Part shown: piece by piece, positions 44,712 through 55,384 of the stretch
Layout of the letters: the number at the start of each line of letters is the position of its first letter
Position numbering within the stretch: position 1 is the first letter of the stretch
DNA from: an uncultured Chloroflexia bacterium
GTDB lineage: Bacteria; Chloroflexota; Anaerolineae; CG2-30-64-16
Assembly (NCBI GenBank): GCA_963810095.1
Contig: CAWEMM010000011.1
Span: 192,001 to 256,000, forward strand
DNA: 64,000 nt
Reading direction: 5' to 3'
Position numbers and translations under genes: made by a program
The notes under the pieces: generated by a model
Told to the model about the DNA's origin: nothing
Seen by the model: the letters and a program-made list of their open reading frames with translations, nothing else
Database searches by the model: none

Positions 44712-44852
44712 GGGGACTCTCCTCGAATCGGGTTAGTGGAATCAACGACAAGATTCTACTACAGAGCGTACTATCAGGCAACTATGTGCGCGCATCAGAG
44801 CAGAGCGAGGACGACGGTAGTGCGCTCGCAGTGTCTCTCGTGATCTCTACCC

Positions 44853-45633
44853 TCAGGCCTCGACCGCCGCGTCGTCCTCAGCCTCCACCTGCAGCGCCTC
44901 GAGTGCGGGCCCCACCGAGAGGATCAGCACCAGCGCCATCAGCACCGCCGAGCTCAGGCACCAGATACAAACCGCGTGGATGACGAACAGCTCGAGATAG
45001 GTGAGGTAGATCGTGAACAGCACGCCAAAAAGCGCCATGCCGAACATGAGCAGCGCCGCGATGCGGCTGTAGGCGCCGTTGCGGCGGGCCACGAACCAGG
45101 CAGCAATGATGCCGATATAACCCACCGCGCCCAGCAGGCCGACCGGCAGGACGCCGAAGAGCTTGGCGAACGGGCTCGACTGGACCGCGTTGCAGTCGCC
45201 CACGGGGCCACACACGGCTGCCACGTTGCGCGTCTCGACGTAGGTGAGATAGAAGGCGACGCCGAGGCCCAGGACCGACAGGATCGGGATGAGGATGCGC
45301 GAGCCGTCCGGCAAGGCCGGCAGATCACGCCCCAGGGTCGCAAAGACCGCGGCCACGATGGCGTAGAGCAGCGCCAGCACGAGCAGCGCCATGACCGCCC
45401 ACGCCAGGCCGAAGCCGGTGTTGACCGTCGCAGCCGCAGACTCGGTTGCGGGAGCGGCCGCCTGCGCAGCGAAGTTGCTGAGCCCCAGCGTCGCGGCCAC
45501 GGTGCCGGTGCAAGGGGTTGCCGGCGTGCACGCGCCGCCTTGAGACGCCGGTTCGGGCGTCTGCGCGAGCGCGGCGGGAACCGCTGAGCAGAACGACGAG
45601 AATCAGTGCGATCAAGAGGATTGAGCGATGCAT
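44853..45633 (-). CDS. Vitamin K epoxide reductase (VKOR) family protein, frameshift near 45582
   Basis: CGPVGDCNAVQSS and CIWC motifs; the signal peptide MHRSILLIALILVVLLS lies in a different frame upstream. Confidence 0.85.
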
Positions 45634-45709
45634 CTAGACGAAGTCTCCGTATCCTTGCTGTGGGGCGGCGGGTCTGTCGCCGGCGACCGGCTCGGGGATC
45701 CCTGCGCCG

Positions 45710-47152
45710 TCAGCCGTTCATCCGTTGCGCGCCCCGCCCCTGCCAAAGGGTGCTGCCCGCAACGATCGCGTACCCGGCGACATAAAGCGCCAGGAACGGG
45801 AGCGCGGCATATTGACCGCGCTGAATCGCGACCCCGGCAGTGACTACAGCATACACGAACAGGGCGATTTCGCCCAACACGGTCCAATCGGCGCCGAGGC
45901 GGTACGTGTTCGTGCTCCACTTCCCCCCGCGGCCCTCGAGCCGGAACTTCGGTGTGCGCTTGAACACGCCGCCCCAGGTGGTCAGCCCCTGCCACACGGC
46001 GCGGGTCGTGCTCCACGTCATCCCCGCGCCCACCGCCAGCAGCGCGGGCAGGTACAGGAAGCGCCGGCCCCAGTCGCGGTACAGGGCCGCTTGCGCAACC
46101 GCATACAGCAGCGGCGGGCCCACCGACGCAAAGACCAGGGCGATCAGGAACGCGGGCGTCGTCTCACGCAGCCACAAGATGGGCAGCAGGGTCAGGAGGA
46201 GCAGCACGATGAGCGGCTGGCTCAGGTAGCCGCTGACATGCACGAGCGCCATCAGCTTCTGGTGCCAGCGCAGGTCGCTGCGCAGGATGGGTGCGGCGAG
46301 CTTGCGCAGACACTGCACCGAGCCCTGGGCCCACCGCGCCTGCTGCCGCTTGAACGCTTCCATCTGGGCTGGCAGCTCGGCCGGCGCGTCCACGTCGGGC
46401 AGGTACAGCGTGCCCCAGCCCGCCAACTGGGCGCGGTAGCTGAGATCCATGTCCTCGGTCATGGTGTCCGCCTGCCAGCCGCCGGCATCCTCGATGCAAG
46501 CCCGGCGCCAGACCCCGCCCGAGCCGTTGAAGTTGATCAACAGGCCCGAGCGGCTGCGGGCGGTCTGTTCGACGACAAAATGCCCGTCGAGCGCCAGCGA
46601 CTGCGCGTGTGTCAGGTAGGAGTAGCCGTCGTTCAGGTGTGACCAGCGGGTCTGCACCATCCCGGCATCGGGCCGCGCGATCATGGCGGGCACGGTGCGC
46701 CGCAAGAAGTCGGGCTTCGGGCGAAAGTCGGCATCAAACACCGCCACGAACTCGCCCTCGACCTGCGCCAGCCCCCATGCCAACGCGCCCGCCTTGAACC
46801 CGCTGCGATCGGTGCGGTGCATGACCCGAACGTCGACACCCGCGGCTCGATGCAGCTCGGCGCACGCCTCCGCGATCGCCGTCGTGTCGTCGGTCGAGTC
46901 GTCCAGCACCTGGATGATGAGCCGGTCGCGCGGATAGTCGAGTGCGGCAGCCGCGTCGATAAGCCGCTCGACGACGTAACGCTCGTTATAGATGGGCAAT
47001 TGGACGACGACCGTGGGCCACTCACCCTCGGCCACCGAGGCCGCAGGGCTGGCCGCACGCCGGTGGCGGAAGTAAAGCAAGGTCAGCGCCAGGGCCTGGA
47101 ACCCGTAAAGGCTTAGCCACAGCGCCACGACCGTATAGAGTACGACGAGCAA
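45710..47152 (-). CDS. GT2 glycosyltransferase (cellulose-synthase-like)
   Basis: VQLPIYNE, LDDS, GFKAGAL, FDADF, TEDMD, QQARW motifs; TM helices. Confidence 0.93.
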   Translation of the reverse strand: MLVVLYTVVALWLSLYGFQALALTLLYFRHRRAASPAASVAEGEWPTVVVQLPIYNERYVVERLIDAAAALDYPRDRLIIQVLDDSTDDTTAIAEACAELHRAAGVDVRVMHRTDRSGFKAGALAWGLAQVEGEFVAVFDADFRPKPDFLRRTVPAMIARPDAGMVQTRWSHLNDGYSYLTHAQSLALDGHFVVEQTARSRSGLLINFNGSGGVWRRACIEDAGGWQADTMTEDMDLSYRAQLAGWGTLYLPDVDAPAELPAQMEAFKRQQARWAQGSVQCLRKLAAPILRSDLRWHQKLMALVHVSGYLSQPLIVLLLLTLLPILWLRETTPAFLIALVFASVGPPLLYAVAQAALYRDWGRRFLYLPALLAVGAGMTWSTTRAVWQGLTTWGGVFKRTPKFRLEGRGGKWSTNTYRLGADWTVLGEIALFVYAVVTAGVAIQRGQYAALPFLALYVAGYAIVAGSTLWQGRGAQRMNG

Positions 47153-47185
47153 TCGTTTATCCCTTCGAAGCCGGAAACAGGTCAA

Positions 47186-47230
47186 ACAAAAGGCGACCGG
47201 CGCCAGTCAGTCGACCGACGCCGAGTCGCC
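47186..47230 (-). terminator. Terminator-like hairpin in the GT2 leader
   Basis: Minus strand GGCGACTCGGCGTCGGTCG..TGACTGGCGCCGGTCGCC-TTTTGTTT. Confidence 0.6.
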
Positions 47231-47251
47231 GTAGCATACTACTGACGCTCG

Positions 47252-47280
47252 ATTATACGTGTTTGTGCCGTGCCCGCCAA
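47252..47280 (-). promoter_or_regulatory. Sigma-70 promoter upstream of GT2
   Basis: TTGGCG-17 bp-TATAAT. Confidence 0.55.
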
Positions 47281-47315
47281 AAATAGCACGCTCAGGTCGA
47301 TCTGCGTCCTTGTCT

Positions 47316-47414
47316 GAAGTGGGACACTGATGCAACTGAATGCGCTGATCTGCTCTCCCCTTTGGGCCAAGATCGTGCTAATCAGTCCGATCCGTTCGAT
47401 CAGTGTCCCGTTTC
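47316..47414. repeat. Long-hairpin repeat family A, copy 6
   Basis: GAAGTGGGACACTGATGCAACTG...ATCAGTCCGATCCGTTCGATCAGTGTCCCGTTTC. Confidence 0.85.
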
Positions 47415-47447
47415 ATCCCGCGTTGCCCAGCAGCGCGAGGTGCGGGT

Positions 47448-48566
47448 CTATTCCAGGATCACTGTCTTCAGCGCGGCCAGCAGCGTCAGCACATTCTCGG
47501 GCCGGGCCGAGTAGCCCATCAGCCCCATGCGCCAGCACGTGCCCTTGAACACCCCCAGGCCGCCCGCGATCTCGATGTTGAACTCGGTCAGCAGGTGCTT
47601 GCGCACTGCCATCTCGTCGACGCCTGCCGGTGCACGGACGGTCGTCAGGCTGGCCAGCCGGAACTCGGGCGCGACCAGCATGCTCATGCCCATCTCTTCG
47701 AGCCCTTCGTACAGGGTGGAGGCGCACGCGGTGTGCCGCGCAAACCGGGCCGCCAGCCCTTCCTCCCGCACGATCCGGAGCGCCTCGCGCATCGCAAATA
47801 TCATGTTGGCCGGGCCGGTGTGATGGTACACCCGCTCGGGCCCCCAGTACTTCCGCAGCAGGGTCAGGTCGAGATACCAGCTTTGCACCTTGCTCTTCCG
47901 CTGAGCCAGCGCCTCTTCCGCGCGCGGCCCGATCGTGATCGGCGCCAGCCCGGGAGGAGCGCTCAGGCACTTCTGCGAGCCCGTGTAGCAAATGTCGATC
48001 CCGATCTCGTCGACGGGCACCGACACGCCGCCCAGCGACGCCACCGTGTCGACCAGGAGCAGCGCACCGTGCCGGTGCACGATCTCCGCGATTTCGTGCA
48101 GCGGTTGTGCGACGCCGGTGGACGTTTCGCCATGGACGATGGCGACGAGCTTGGCCGGCCGTTCGCTCAGGGCCTGCTCCACCTGGGCCGGCGTGATGGC
48201 TTGGCCCCACGCTGCGTCGACCCGGCGCAGGTCTGCCCGGGCGCGCGTCGCCATCTCTGCGATCCGCTCGCCGAAGAACCCGGCGACGCAGACCAATACG
48301 GGGTCGCCTTCCTCGATGAAGTTGTAGAGCGCAGCTTCCATGCCCGCGCTGCCGGTGCCGGGGAGAATCAGTGTGAAGGGGTTCCGGGTCTGGAAGACGT
48401 AACGGGCGAGATCGGCCGTCTCGTCCATCACGGCGAGATACGCGGGATCCAGGTAGCCGATGGTGGGAGTTGCCATCGCGCGCAGCACCCGCGGCGGCAC
48501 AAGGCTTGGGCCGGGCCCCATCAACAGCCGGGCGGGGGTGTTCAGGTCGGTGAACTGGGAATCCAT
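47448..48566 (-). CDS. Alanine-glyoxylate / serine-pyruvate aminotransferase (class V PLP)
   Basis: LLMGPGPS, GTGSAGME, HGETSTG, GSQKCLSAPPG, YHHT; AGGAG RBS. Confidence 0.93.
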   Translation of the reverse strand: MDSQFTDLNTPARLLMGPGPSLVPPRVLRAMATPTIGYLDPAYLAVMDETADLARYVFQTRNPFTLILPGTGSAGMEAALYNFIEEGDPVLVCVAGFFGERIAEMATRARADLRRVDAAWGQAITPAQVEQALSERPAKLVAIVHGETSTGVAQPLHEIAEIVHRHGALLLVDTVASLGGVSVPVDEIGIDICYTGSQKCLSAPPGLAPITIGPRAEEALAQRKSKVQSWYLDLTLLRKYWGPERVYHHTGPANMIFAMREALRIVREEGLAARFARHTACASTLYEGLEEMGMSMLVAPEFRLASLTTVRAPAGVDEMAVRKHLLTEFNIEIAGGLGVFKGTCWRMGLMGYSARPENVLTLLAALKTVILE

Positions 48567-48595
48567 GCGGTGCTCCTTAGTCAGAAACCAGGCGC

Positions 48596-48628
48596 AGACC
48601 TTCGAGGTCTGCGAGACCTCGAAGGTCT
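48596..48628. repeat. REP-like palindrome
   Basis: AGACCTTCGAGGTCT-GCG-AGACCTCGAAGGTCT. Confidence 0.7.
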
Positions 48629-48780
48629 CGGATGTTGCGTGAAAATAGTGTAGTGACTTGTAGCTGTTTTCGCAAGACCGGGCGGTGTCGCCGGCTTGCA
48701 CGAACACGATAACCCGCATACACTTTCGCTGCCGCTCCGGCTACACGGCGTCACCCGATCCTCTCGGCCTGAGTTCGACC

Positions 48781-51381
48781 ATGCTCAATCGAACACGTTT
48801 GCTCGGCGGTTTGTTCGTCCTGCTGCTGGTCCTTGGCATCACTTGCCGGCCGGCCGCGGCCGCGCCGCTCGAACCGTCGCCTGGCGCGCTTCGGATCTAT
48901 GTCGAGGACCCGACTGCGTCCCTGACTCCCGTCCTGGACCTGGCAGGCTTCGAGCGCATTGCGGACCCGGCGGATGCCGAGGTGATCGTCCTCAACGGCG
49001 CCGTCACCGATGCGGGCCGGCTGGCCGCGCTTGTTCGCGAAGGGCGCGGCCTCGTACTTGTCCCTGGCCCCGGCTTGAGCGCGGAGAGCGTCTCGGCCTT
49101 ACTCGGGCGGCCCATCACGCTCGCCCGCCAAACGGATCCGATTAGCCTGCAGAGCACCGCGGCGCCCGTCGGCAACGACCAGCGGGCCTGGCTCGACGCA
49201 GGCACGGTGGGCGATGTCCAGTGGAACAGCGCGCCCCAAGTGCGCGAACGGACGCGGGTCGAAGCCGCGTCCTTGACCCCGTTCGTCACCGCATTCGAGT
49301 CGGGCGAGACGGTGTTGGGGGGCGCGGCAATCGGGCAAGGCCGCGCCCTTGTCTTCACGCCGGCGCTCCAGCCCGGGCTCAACCAGCAGTTGCGCGACTG
49401 GGCCTACTTCAATTACCTGGTCTATGCACTGGTCGAGCAGGCGGGCGGACAACTCCCGCTCTCCTTCGCCGACTACAGCGGCTCACCCACGCCCCACGCG
49501 GCCGAGCGCGCCGTCATTGTCGGGCTCCTGCTCGCCATCATGGCGACGGCCTTCGTGGCCTTCCTCTTCGTCCGCCGCTACAGCCTGCGCCACCCCGAAG
49601 CGCTCGACTCGCTCATTGCCGATCCAACCCGATATCAGCAGCGCCAGGAGGGCACCGCCTGGGAAGACATCGGTTTTCACCGGCCCCTGGGCGGCTTCCT
49701 GCTCGCGGTGATGATCGGGTTGGTGCTCTTTGTCCCGCTGATCATCTACCAGAACCTGATCCTGCCCACCTACATCCTGCCCTCGGCCCAGGCGCTGGGC
49801 ATCTGGGGCCGCGTCACCCAGTTCTTCAATGTCGCCTGGCTCTTCTTCGACATGGGCACGAGTGCGGCCTTCGTGAAGTACCTGGCGGAGTACCGCGTCG
49901 ACGACCCCCGGCGCGGCATCATGTACGGTCAGCTGTTCGTCTGGTGGCAGGCACTGTCTGGCGCAGTGCAGGTCAGCCTCATCGTTCTCGCTGCCAGCAC
50001 CTTCGTGCCTCGGTCGGCGTATGCGATCTACTCCTGGAGTATCATCCTCCACGCATTCATCCAAATCCCCGGCTTTTACCTCGTCTTCCGTCACGCCCTG
50101 ACCGGGCTTCAGCGCTTTGACTATGCGCAATTGATCGACATGGCGCAGCAGACCCTGCTGCCTTCGCTCACCCAGGTGCCGCTGGTCATCCTCATGGTGC
50201 GCTGGGGCCAGGGCCAGCCGGTCTTCGGGTCGGCGATGGGCGGGTTGCTCGGCTTGGGCATGGCTGCCTACGTCACCGAGTTGCTTTGCTTCATCTTTGG
50301 GTGGCTGCTCTACCGCCGCGTCGGGCTCAGAAGCCGCATCCTGTTCATGGCGCATTTCGATTGGCAGGTGGTGCGTACGGGCTTCCGCTTCGGCGGCTTC
50401 GAAATGCTGGGCTCGCTGGCATGGGCTGCTGGCCAGGCAGCCGAGGTCGCCGTCACCCAGCACAGGCTGATCAATTACGCGGAGACATGGGGCAACTGGG
50501 TCGTCGCACAGAACTTCGTCTTTGCGTTCAACGTGATCAACATCTTATTTTACAACCTCATCGCGTCGATTTCGGAGGCCATTTCGCACGGCCGGCGTGT
50601 GCTCAGCGAGTATTACGCCGCGCAGGCCTACCGCTACGGCGGCTTCTTCAGCGCGTTCATCGCGGCAGTGCTCCTGGCCGTAGCCGACCGCTTCATCCTC
50701 GGGGCAACCGGGCCAGAGTTTGCGCGGGCGGCGGTGTTGGCCGGGCCACTCATCCTCTGGGGCGCCATTCAATACCCTTCGTGGGTGGGCGACGCCGTGC
50801 AGTTGGGGTCGAACAAGCCCTGGCTCAAGGCGCTGCTGGTGGCAGGCGAGCAAATCATCCGGGTCACCCTCCTGGCGGTCTTCCTCGCCCGCTTCCAGAT
50901 CTGGGCGATGATCGGCGCCTATTTTATCGGGCTGTTGACCAAAGACATCGTCAGCTTCTTTGTCAGCGACCGGTTCTGCTTCAAGCAGCGGCTGTATGCG
51001 TGGCCCGCCCTCGCCGCGCCGCTGCTGGCCGGCGCGACGCACTATGCCGTGCTCAGGTGGGTCACCGGGCTCATCTGGCAGGGCGACCAGGTGACGAGCG
51101 TCGTGATCATGTTCGTGGGCATCCTGTTAAGCTTCCCGCTGTTTGCGTTCTTTTACGGGCTGTACGGTGGCTGGAACGATGCAGCGCTGGGCGAACTGCA
51201 CAAGGGCAGCGAGTTGGCGGGGTTCATGCGCCCGTTGGCGCTGCTGTTCTGGCGGGCATCGCGCCTTGGTGCGCGCGTCAGCCCGCTGCACGGCCGCGGC
51301 GGCGTATCCATCCAGCCCGCGGCTGAAGCCGATGCGGCCGGGCTGATGGCCGAGCGGGTGGACCTGGCGACCGAGGCGTGA
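48781..51381 (+). CDS. Membrane protein: extracytoplasmic N-terminal domain plus MOP/polysaccharide flippase-like TM domain
   Basis: Signal peptide, about 240-aa soluble domain, then about 14 TM helices with FFDMGTSAAFVKYLAEY. Confidence 0.65.
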   Translation: MLNRTRLLGGLFVLLLVLGITCRPAAAAPLEPSPGALRIYVEDPTASLTPVLDLAGFERIADPADAEVIVLNGAVTDAGRLAALVREGRGLVLVPGPGLSAESVSALLGRPITLARQTDPISLQSTAAPVGNDQRAWLDAGTVGDVQWNSAPQVRERTRVEAASLTPFVTAFESGETVLGGAAIGQGRALVFTPALQPGLNQQLRDWAYFNYLVYALVEQAGGQLPLSFADYSGSPTPHAAERAVIVGLLLAIMATAFVAFLFVRRYSLRHPEALDSLIADPTRYQQRQEGTAWEDIGFHRPLGGFLLAVMIGLVLFVPLIIYQNLILPTYILPSAQALGIWGRVTQFFNVAWLFFDMGTSAAFVKYLAEYRVDDPRRGIMYGQLFVWWQALSGAVQVSLIVLAASTFVPRSAYAIYSWSIILHAFIQIPGFYLVFRHALTGLQRFDYAQLIDMAQQTLLPSLTQVPLVILMVRWGQGQPVFGSAMGGLLGLGMAAYVTELLCFIFGWLLYRRVGLRSRILFMAHFDWQVVRTGFRFGGFEMLGSLAWAAGQAAEVAVTQHRLINYAETWGNWVVAQNFVFAFNVINILFYNLIASISEAISHGRRVLSEYYAAQAYRYGGFFSAFIAAVLLAVADRFILGATGPEFARAAVLAGPLILWGAIQYPSWVGDAVQLGSNKPWLKALLVAGEQIIRVTLLAVFLARFQIWAMIGAYFIGLLTKDIVSFFVSDRFCFKQRLYAWPALAAPLLAGATHYAVLRWVTGLIWQGDQVTSVVIMFVGILLSFPLFAFFYGLYGGWNDAALGELHKGSELAGFMRPLALLFWRASRLGARVSPLHGRGGVSIQPAAEADAAGLMAERVDLATEA

Positions 51382-51671
51382 GGGGCCTATCACGGGAAGT
51401 AACGATAAGCGTCTCTGCGTTTGCTCTCAGTCTCCCCGAGAACTAGCTGGGGCCGGTCTCTGACCGTGCCCCGTCTGGCCCAGCGCCTGCATTTTCGGAT
51501 ACTTCTGGGCCCACGCGTCGTCTGTCGCACGAAGCCCGTAATTTTCCCTCTTGTGTCGTTCACTACAATTGACTGCGTAATCCGGCCGGTGTTGCTGTAC
51601 GCCGGCGGCAAGTGGCGATTTCGTTCGAAATCGCCTTCATTGTCCCTCTTTCTATTGGTAAAGGAGCCAAC

Positions 51672-54600
51672 ATGAAAGCCCATCCACTACTCCTCCTGTC
51701 CCTTGTCGTGCTGATCGCATTCTCCCTCGCCGGGCCCGCTGCAGCTCAAGGCCCTGTGCTCGACCCCGCACGGTCGCCCTCCCCGCCCGTGTCGCGAGGC
51801 TTGGGGCCCCAGCAGGACCGCGACGGCCTGTGGTTCATGCCCGTCTCCCACGTGTGGCCGGCTGCCCAAGCCGCGGCGCCGGCCAACAGCGGTGGCCCCG
51901 ACGATTTCGGCTACACCTGGACGGACATTGCGCCGAACTGGATCGACGCCGGCGGCGGAACGGACACAGGTATCACGATGAGCACCAGCGGAGCCGGTCC
52001 GCTGGACATCGGCTTCCCCTTCAAGTTCTATGAGACCACCCGCACGCAGCTCTGGGTGTCCCGCTACGGCTACCTCGCCGTCAGCGACTCGACCTGGCGC
52101 TCGCAGTCACAAATCCCCAGCGCTTCGGCGCCGAACGACGTGATTGCCCCGCATTGGGCGCCCAATTACGGCAGCATGAACTATGTGCGTTACCTTCGCG
52201 GCGGTTCAGCACCCAACCGGTGGTTCGCAGTGGAATGGAACAACATGCGATCGGACTGCTGCAGCGACGGCCAGGAGGAATATACCTTCGAGGTCATCTT
52301 GCGGGAGAACGGCGACATCGTTTTCCAGTACGGCAACATGCTCACGGTCGGCAACTACTCCTGCCAGGTGTCGGGCATCGAGGACTCGACGGGGCTGGAT
52401 GGCCTCAGGGTCACCCCATTCTGCCAGCCGGTGCAGCCCAATCACGCCGTCAAGATCGCCCGGCCGCCCGCGAGCGTGTGGGTCACCCTCTTTCCTCGGG
52501 CGCAGGGGCAGTTCGGCACGCCCGGCGGCACGGTGACCTTCGCCCAGACCGTGCGGAACACGGGTGAGCTCGGCGTCGATACGTACGACCTGTGGCTCGA
52601 AGCGGACGGCCAGTGGCCTACCTCGCTCTACTGGGCCGACGGCGTCACGCCCCTAACCGACACCGACGGCGACGGCCAGCCGGATACCGGCCCCATTAAC
52701 CAGGGCAGTTCGACAGACATCGTCGTCAAGGTCGCTCTACCCGCCGGTGCGACGGTGGGGGACCGCAGCAGTCCGGGCGTCACTGCGATTTCGTCGCGGA
52801 ATCCGACGAAGCTCAAAACTGCACGCTACCAGGTCGGCGTGCCCGCGTCGTTTGCCAGCAGTTACGCGCAGTCTGGCAAGCCCACCCTCGGGTACCATCG
52901 CCCGGGTGGTCAGCAGACGCGTCAGACGGCGGACGGCAGCGCATCCGGATATGACGCGGCTGCAGCCACGCTCCCCGACGGGCGGATCGTCCAGGTCTGG
53001 AGCCAGGGCCGCGACCTCGGCAGCAGCCGCTGGGTGAACGAGTTGTACTACGCGCTGACCGACAACAAGGGCCAGGTGTTGAGGCCGGCGGCGCGTCTCA
53101 CAGACCTCAGCAGTGCGACCGGCAATGCCTATGATTCATCGCCATCGGTCGCCGTCTCACCCGACGGTCACATCGGCGTCGCCTGGTATCGGGAGCTCTC
53201 TCGTAACGGCTACAACGAGTACAACTATAACATCTACCATCTTGTTCTCGATTCGAACGGCAACATGGCCGTACAGCCCAGAAACCTGACCAACAACCAG
53301 GTCTGGTTCTCGTGGAGCGGCAACACCCGTTTCGAGGTGTACGATGCCGTGATTGCGTCCACGGGAAGCAACCGTTTCGGCGTCGCCTGGACGCGCTATA
53401 CGGCTAACGGCTCCCAGTCAGCAGACACGACCTGGTACACGGTGCGCGGAGCAGATGGGAGCGAGGTGCGGGCACCGGGGCAGGTCTCGGCCGGCACGCA
53501 GAGCTGGTATCCGAACCTGACAAGCCTGGCCGACGGAACGATCTTCCTCGTGCAGATGAGCGCCGGCGAGCTGTCATTTGCACGCATCGACGGCGCGGGT
53601 AACCAGGTCACTCCCCTAACGCCAACGGGCGTGAAGAACATCTCGGCGCCCGACGCGGTCCAGCTGCAGAACGGGAATATCGTTATCACCTGGACCACCG
53701 GCTACGTGGGCTACCTGGTGCTGAACTCGTCGCTTCAGGTTGTGCGCGGCGCCAGCTCGCTGCCTAAAATCTCGCCCACATACGATTACTATGTGAGCGT
53801 GACGCGGAGCGGCGATCGGGCAGTGCTCACGTGGGGCGACGACTGTTGCGACTTCCAGCCCAATCTATACTACGCCCTGCTCGACGGGTCCGGCTCGGTG
53901 ATCACCGAGCCCATGATCTTCTTCAGTGACTACGCGAACTACGATGTCAACCTGCCGAGCAACGGCCAGGGCAACACGCCTCTCATCGGAGACACCACCC
54001 CGCCGGCAAACCCCACGGCCCTGGCCAGCCCCAGCCACGAAGTCAACGTGTGGTCCAGGGACACCACGGTCGACCTCACTTGGAACGCGGCCGTGGACGA
54101 CGACACCGGGGTAGCCGGCTATTCGGTCCTGTGGGACCACTCGGCCAACTCGACGCCGGATGCGGTCACGGATATTGGAGCGGTGACGGCGGCGACCGGC
54201 CCGGCGCTGGGGGATGGCGGGTGGTACGTCCACGTGCGGGCGGTGGATGGCGCCGGCAACTGGGCCAGCGGCGCCGCACACGCGGGTCCGTTCAAGATCG
54301 ACACGACCGCGCCCAAGTGCGACGCGTATTCCCCTGCATACTCGGTTGGGCCCATCCCCGTGACATGGGGGGGCGCCGATGCGGGCTCTGGGATTGCGAC
54401 TTACGACATCTGGGCAGCCTCCGAGATGAATGGCGGCCCCTGGTCCAAGTGGCTTGCTGACACGACGAGCACAAGCGCAGCGTACTCCGCGCCGGTCGGC
54501 GACGTCGTGCACTTCCAGTGCGCGGCGACTGACGCCGTCGGCAACGTGGAGGTAGAGGGCTTCAACGTCGAATGGAGCCAGACGCGCGTGGCTGCCCGGG

Positions 54601-55328
54601 CAGCCAGCGGACGCGTCACGAATATACGGGGCGAAGGGGTCTTCAACGCCGGGATTTGGCCGCATGCGGGCTTCGGGGTGCTTGGCGGCGGTCGGTCCGA
54701 TCTGCGGGGCCAGTACACACTGTTCTTCGGCGCCGAATCAGAGCGCTTCATAACCCTCAGCGCCGACCGCGCCGGATTCGGCGCCCTGGCACCCCGTGCG
54801 GGCGTCGACACGGAAGCGACGCCGTCCGACATGGATTTCGTGCTGCCGCCTTCGCTCGACCTGGTCACGAACGGGCAGTTCGAAGCCGGCGACCTTTCGG
54901 CATGGCAGGCCTGGATGCCGAGCGATGAATACACGGCGACCGCAACTTCCACTGCAGCCCACAGCGGTTCCTATGGTCTGCACATCGTCACGTCGGCGCC
55001 GGGAGGCATTCTCCCGATCGCAATCCTCGAGCAATCCGTGCAGATCCCTGCTGATATGCGGGCGCCGACGCTGTCGTTCTGGTACAAGTCAGCGGGGCCA
55101 GCCGAGGGCTCGGTCAGCTTCTCGGGATACTCGGGACCGTGGCTTACCTTGCCCACGGAGGGATGGAAACACGGATGGCTTGACTTGAGCGAGTACAAGG
55201 GCAAGACGTTCAACCTTTTCATCCTCCTCAGCAACCGGACCAAGCTCGACGTGTCCATCGACGAGATCAGCGTGGGCGACGCGGCCCCCGGCAGCTACCC
55301 GATCTTCCTGCCGCGGCTGCAGCGGTAA
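51672..55328 (+). CDS. Large secreted/surface multidomain protein
   Basis: AAGGAG RBS, signal peptide, GGPDDFGYTW nidogen-like start, DTDGDG loop, FN3/Ig-like repeats, C-terminal YPIFLPRLQR. Confidence 0.85.
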   Translation: MKAHPLLLLSLVVLIAFSLAGPAAAQGPVLDPARSPSPPVSRGLGPQQDRDGLWFMPVSHVWPAAQAAAPANSGGPDDFGYTWTDIAPNWIDAGGGTDTGITMSTSGAGPLDIGFPFKFYETTRTQLWVSRYGYLAVSDSTWRSQSQIPSASAPNDVIAPHWAPNYGSMNYVRYLRGGSAPNRWFAVEWNNMRSDCCSDGQEEYTFEVILRENGDIVFQYGNMLTVGNYSCQVSGIEDSTGLDGLRVTPFCQPVQPNHAVKIARPPASVWVTLFPRAQGQFGTPGGTVTFAQTVRNTGELGVDTYDLWLEADGQWPTSLYWADGVTPLTDTDGDGQPDTGPINQGSSTDIVVKVALPAGATVGDRSSPGVTAISSRNPTKLKTARYQVGVPASFASSYAQSGKPTLGYHRPGGQQTRQTADGSASGYDAAAATLPDGRIVQVWSQGRDLGSSRWVNELYYALTDNKGQVLRPAARLTDLSSATGNAYDSSPSVAVSPDGHIGVAWYRELSRNGYNEYNYNIYHLVLDSNGNMAVQPRNLTNNQVWFSWSGNTRFEVYDAVIASTGSNRFGVAWTRYTANGSQSADTTWYTVRGADGSEVRAPGQVSAGTQSWYPNLTSLADGTIFLVQMSAGELSFARIDGAGNQVTPLTPTGVKNISAPDAVQLQNGNIVITWTTGYVGYLVLNSSLQVVRGASSLPKISPTYDYYVSVTRSGDRAVLTWGDDCCDFQPNLYYALLDGSGSVITEPMIFFSDYANYDVNLPSNGQGNTPLIGDTTPPANPTALASPSHEVNVWSRDTTVDLTWNAAVDDDTGVAGYSVLWDHSANSTPDAVTDIGAVTAATGPALGDGGWYVHVRAVDGAGNWASGAAHAGPFKIDTTAPKCDAYSPAYSVGPIPVTWGGADAGSGIATYDIWAASEMNGGPWSKWLADTTSTSAAYSAPVGDVVHFQCAATDAVGNVEVEGFNVEWSQTRVAARAASGRVTNIRGEGVFNAGIWPHAGFGVLGGGRSDLRGQYTLFFGAESERFITLSADRAGFGALAPRAGVDTEATPSDMDFVLPPSLDLVTNGQFEAGDLSAWQAWMPSDEYTATATSTAAHSGSYGLHIVTSAPGGILPIAILEQSVQIPADMRAPTLSFWYKSAGPAEGSVSFSGYSGPWLTLPTEGWKHGWLDLSEYKGKTFNLFILLSNRTKLDVSIDEISVGDAAPGSYPIFLPRLQR

Positions 55329-55384
55329 CGCAACCTCGACCCGGTTGCTGTGTGCGCAACCGGCACAACTTTCCGCTCCCGTCG

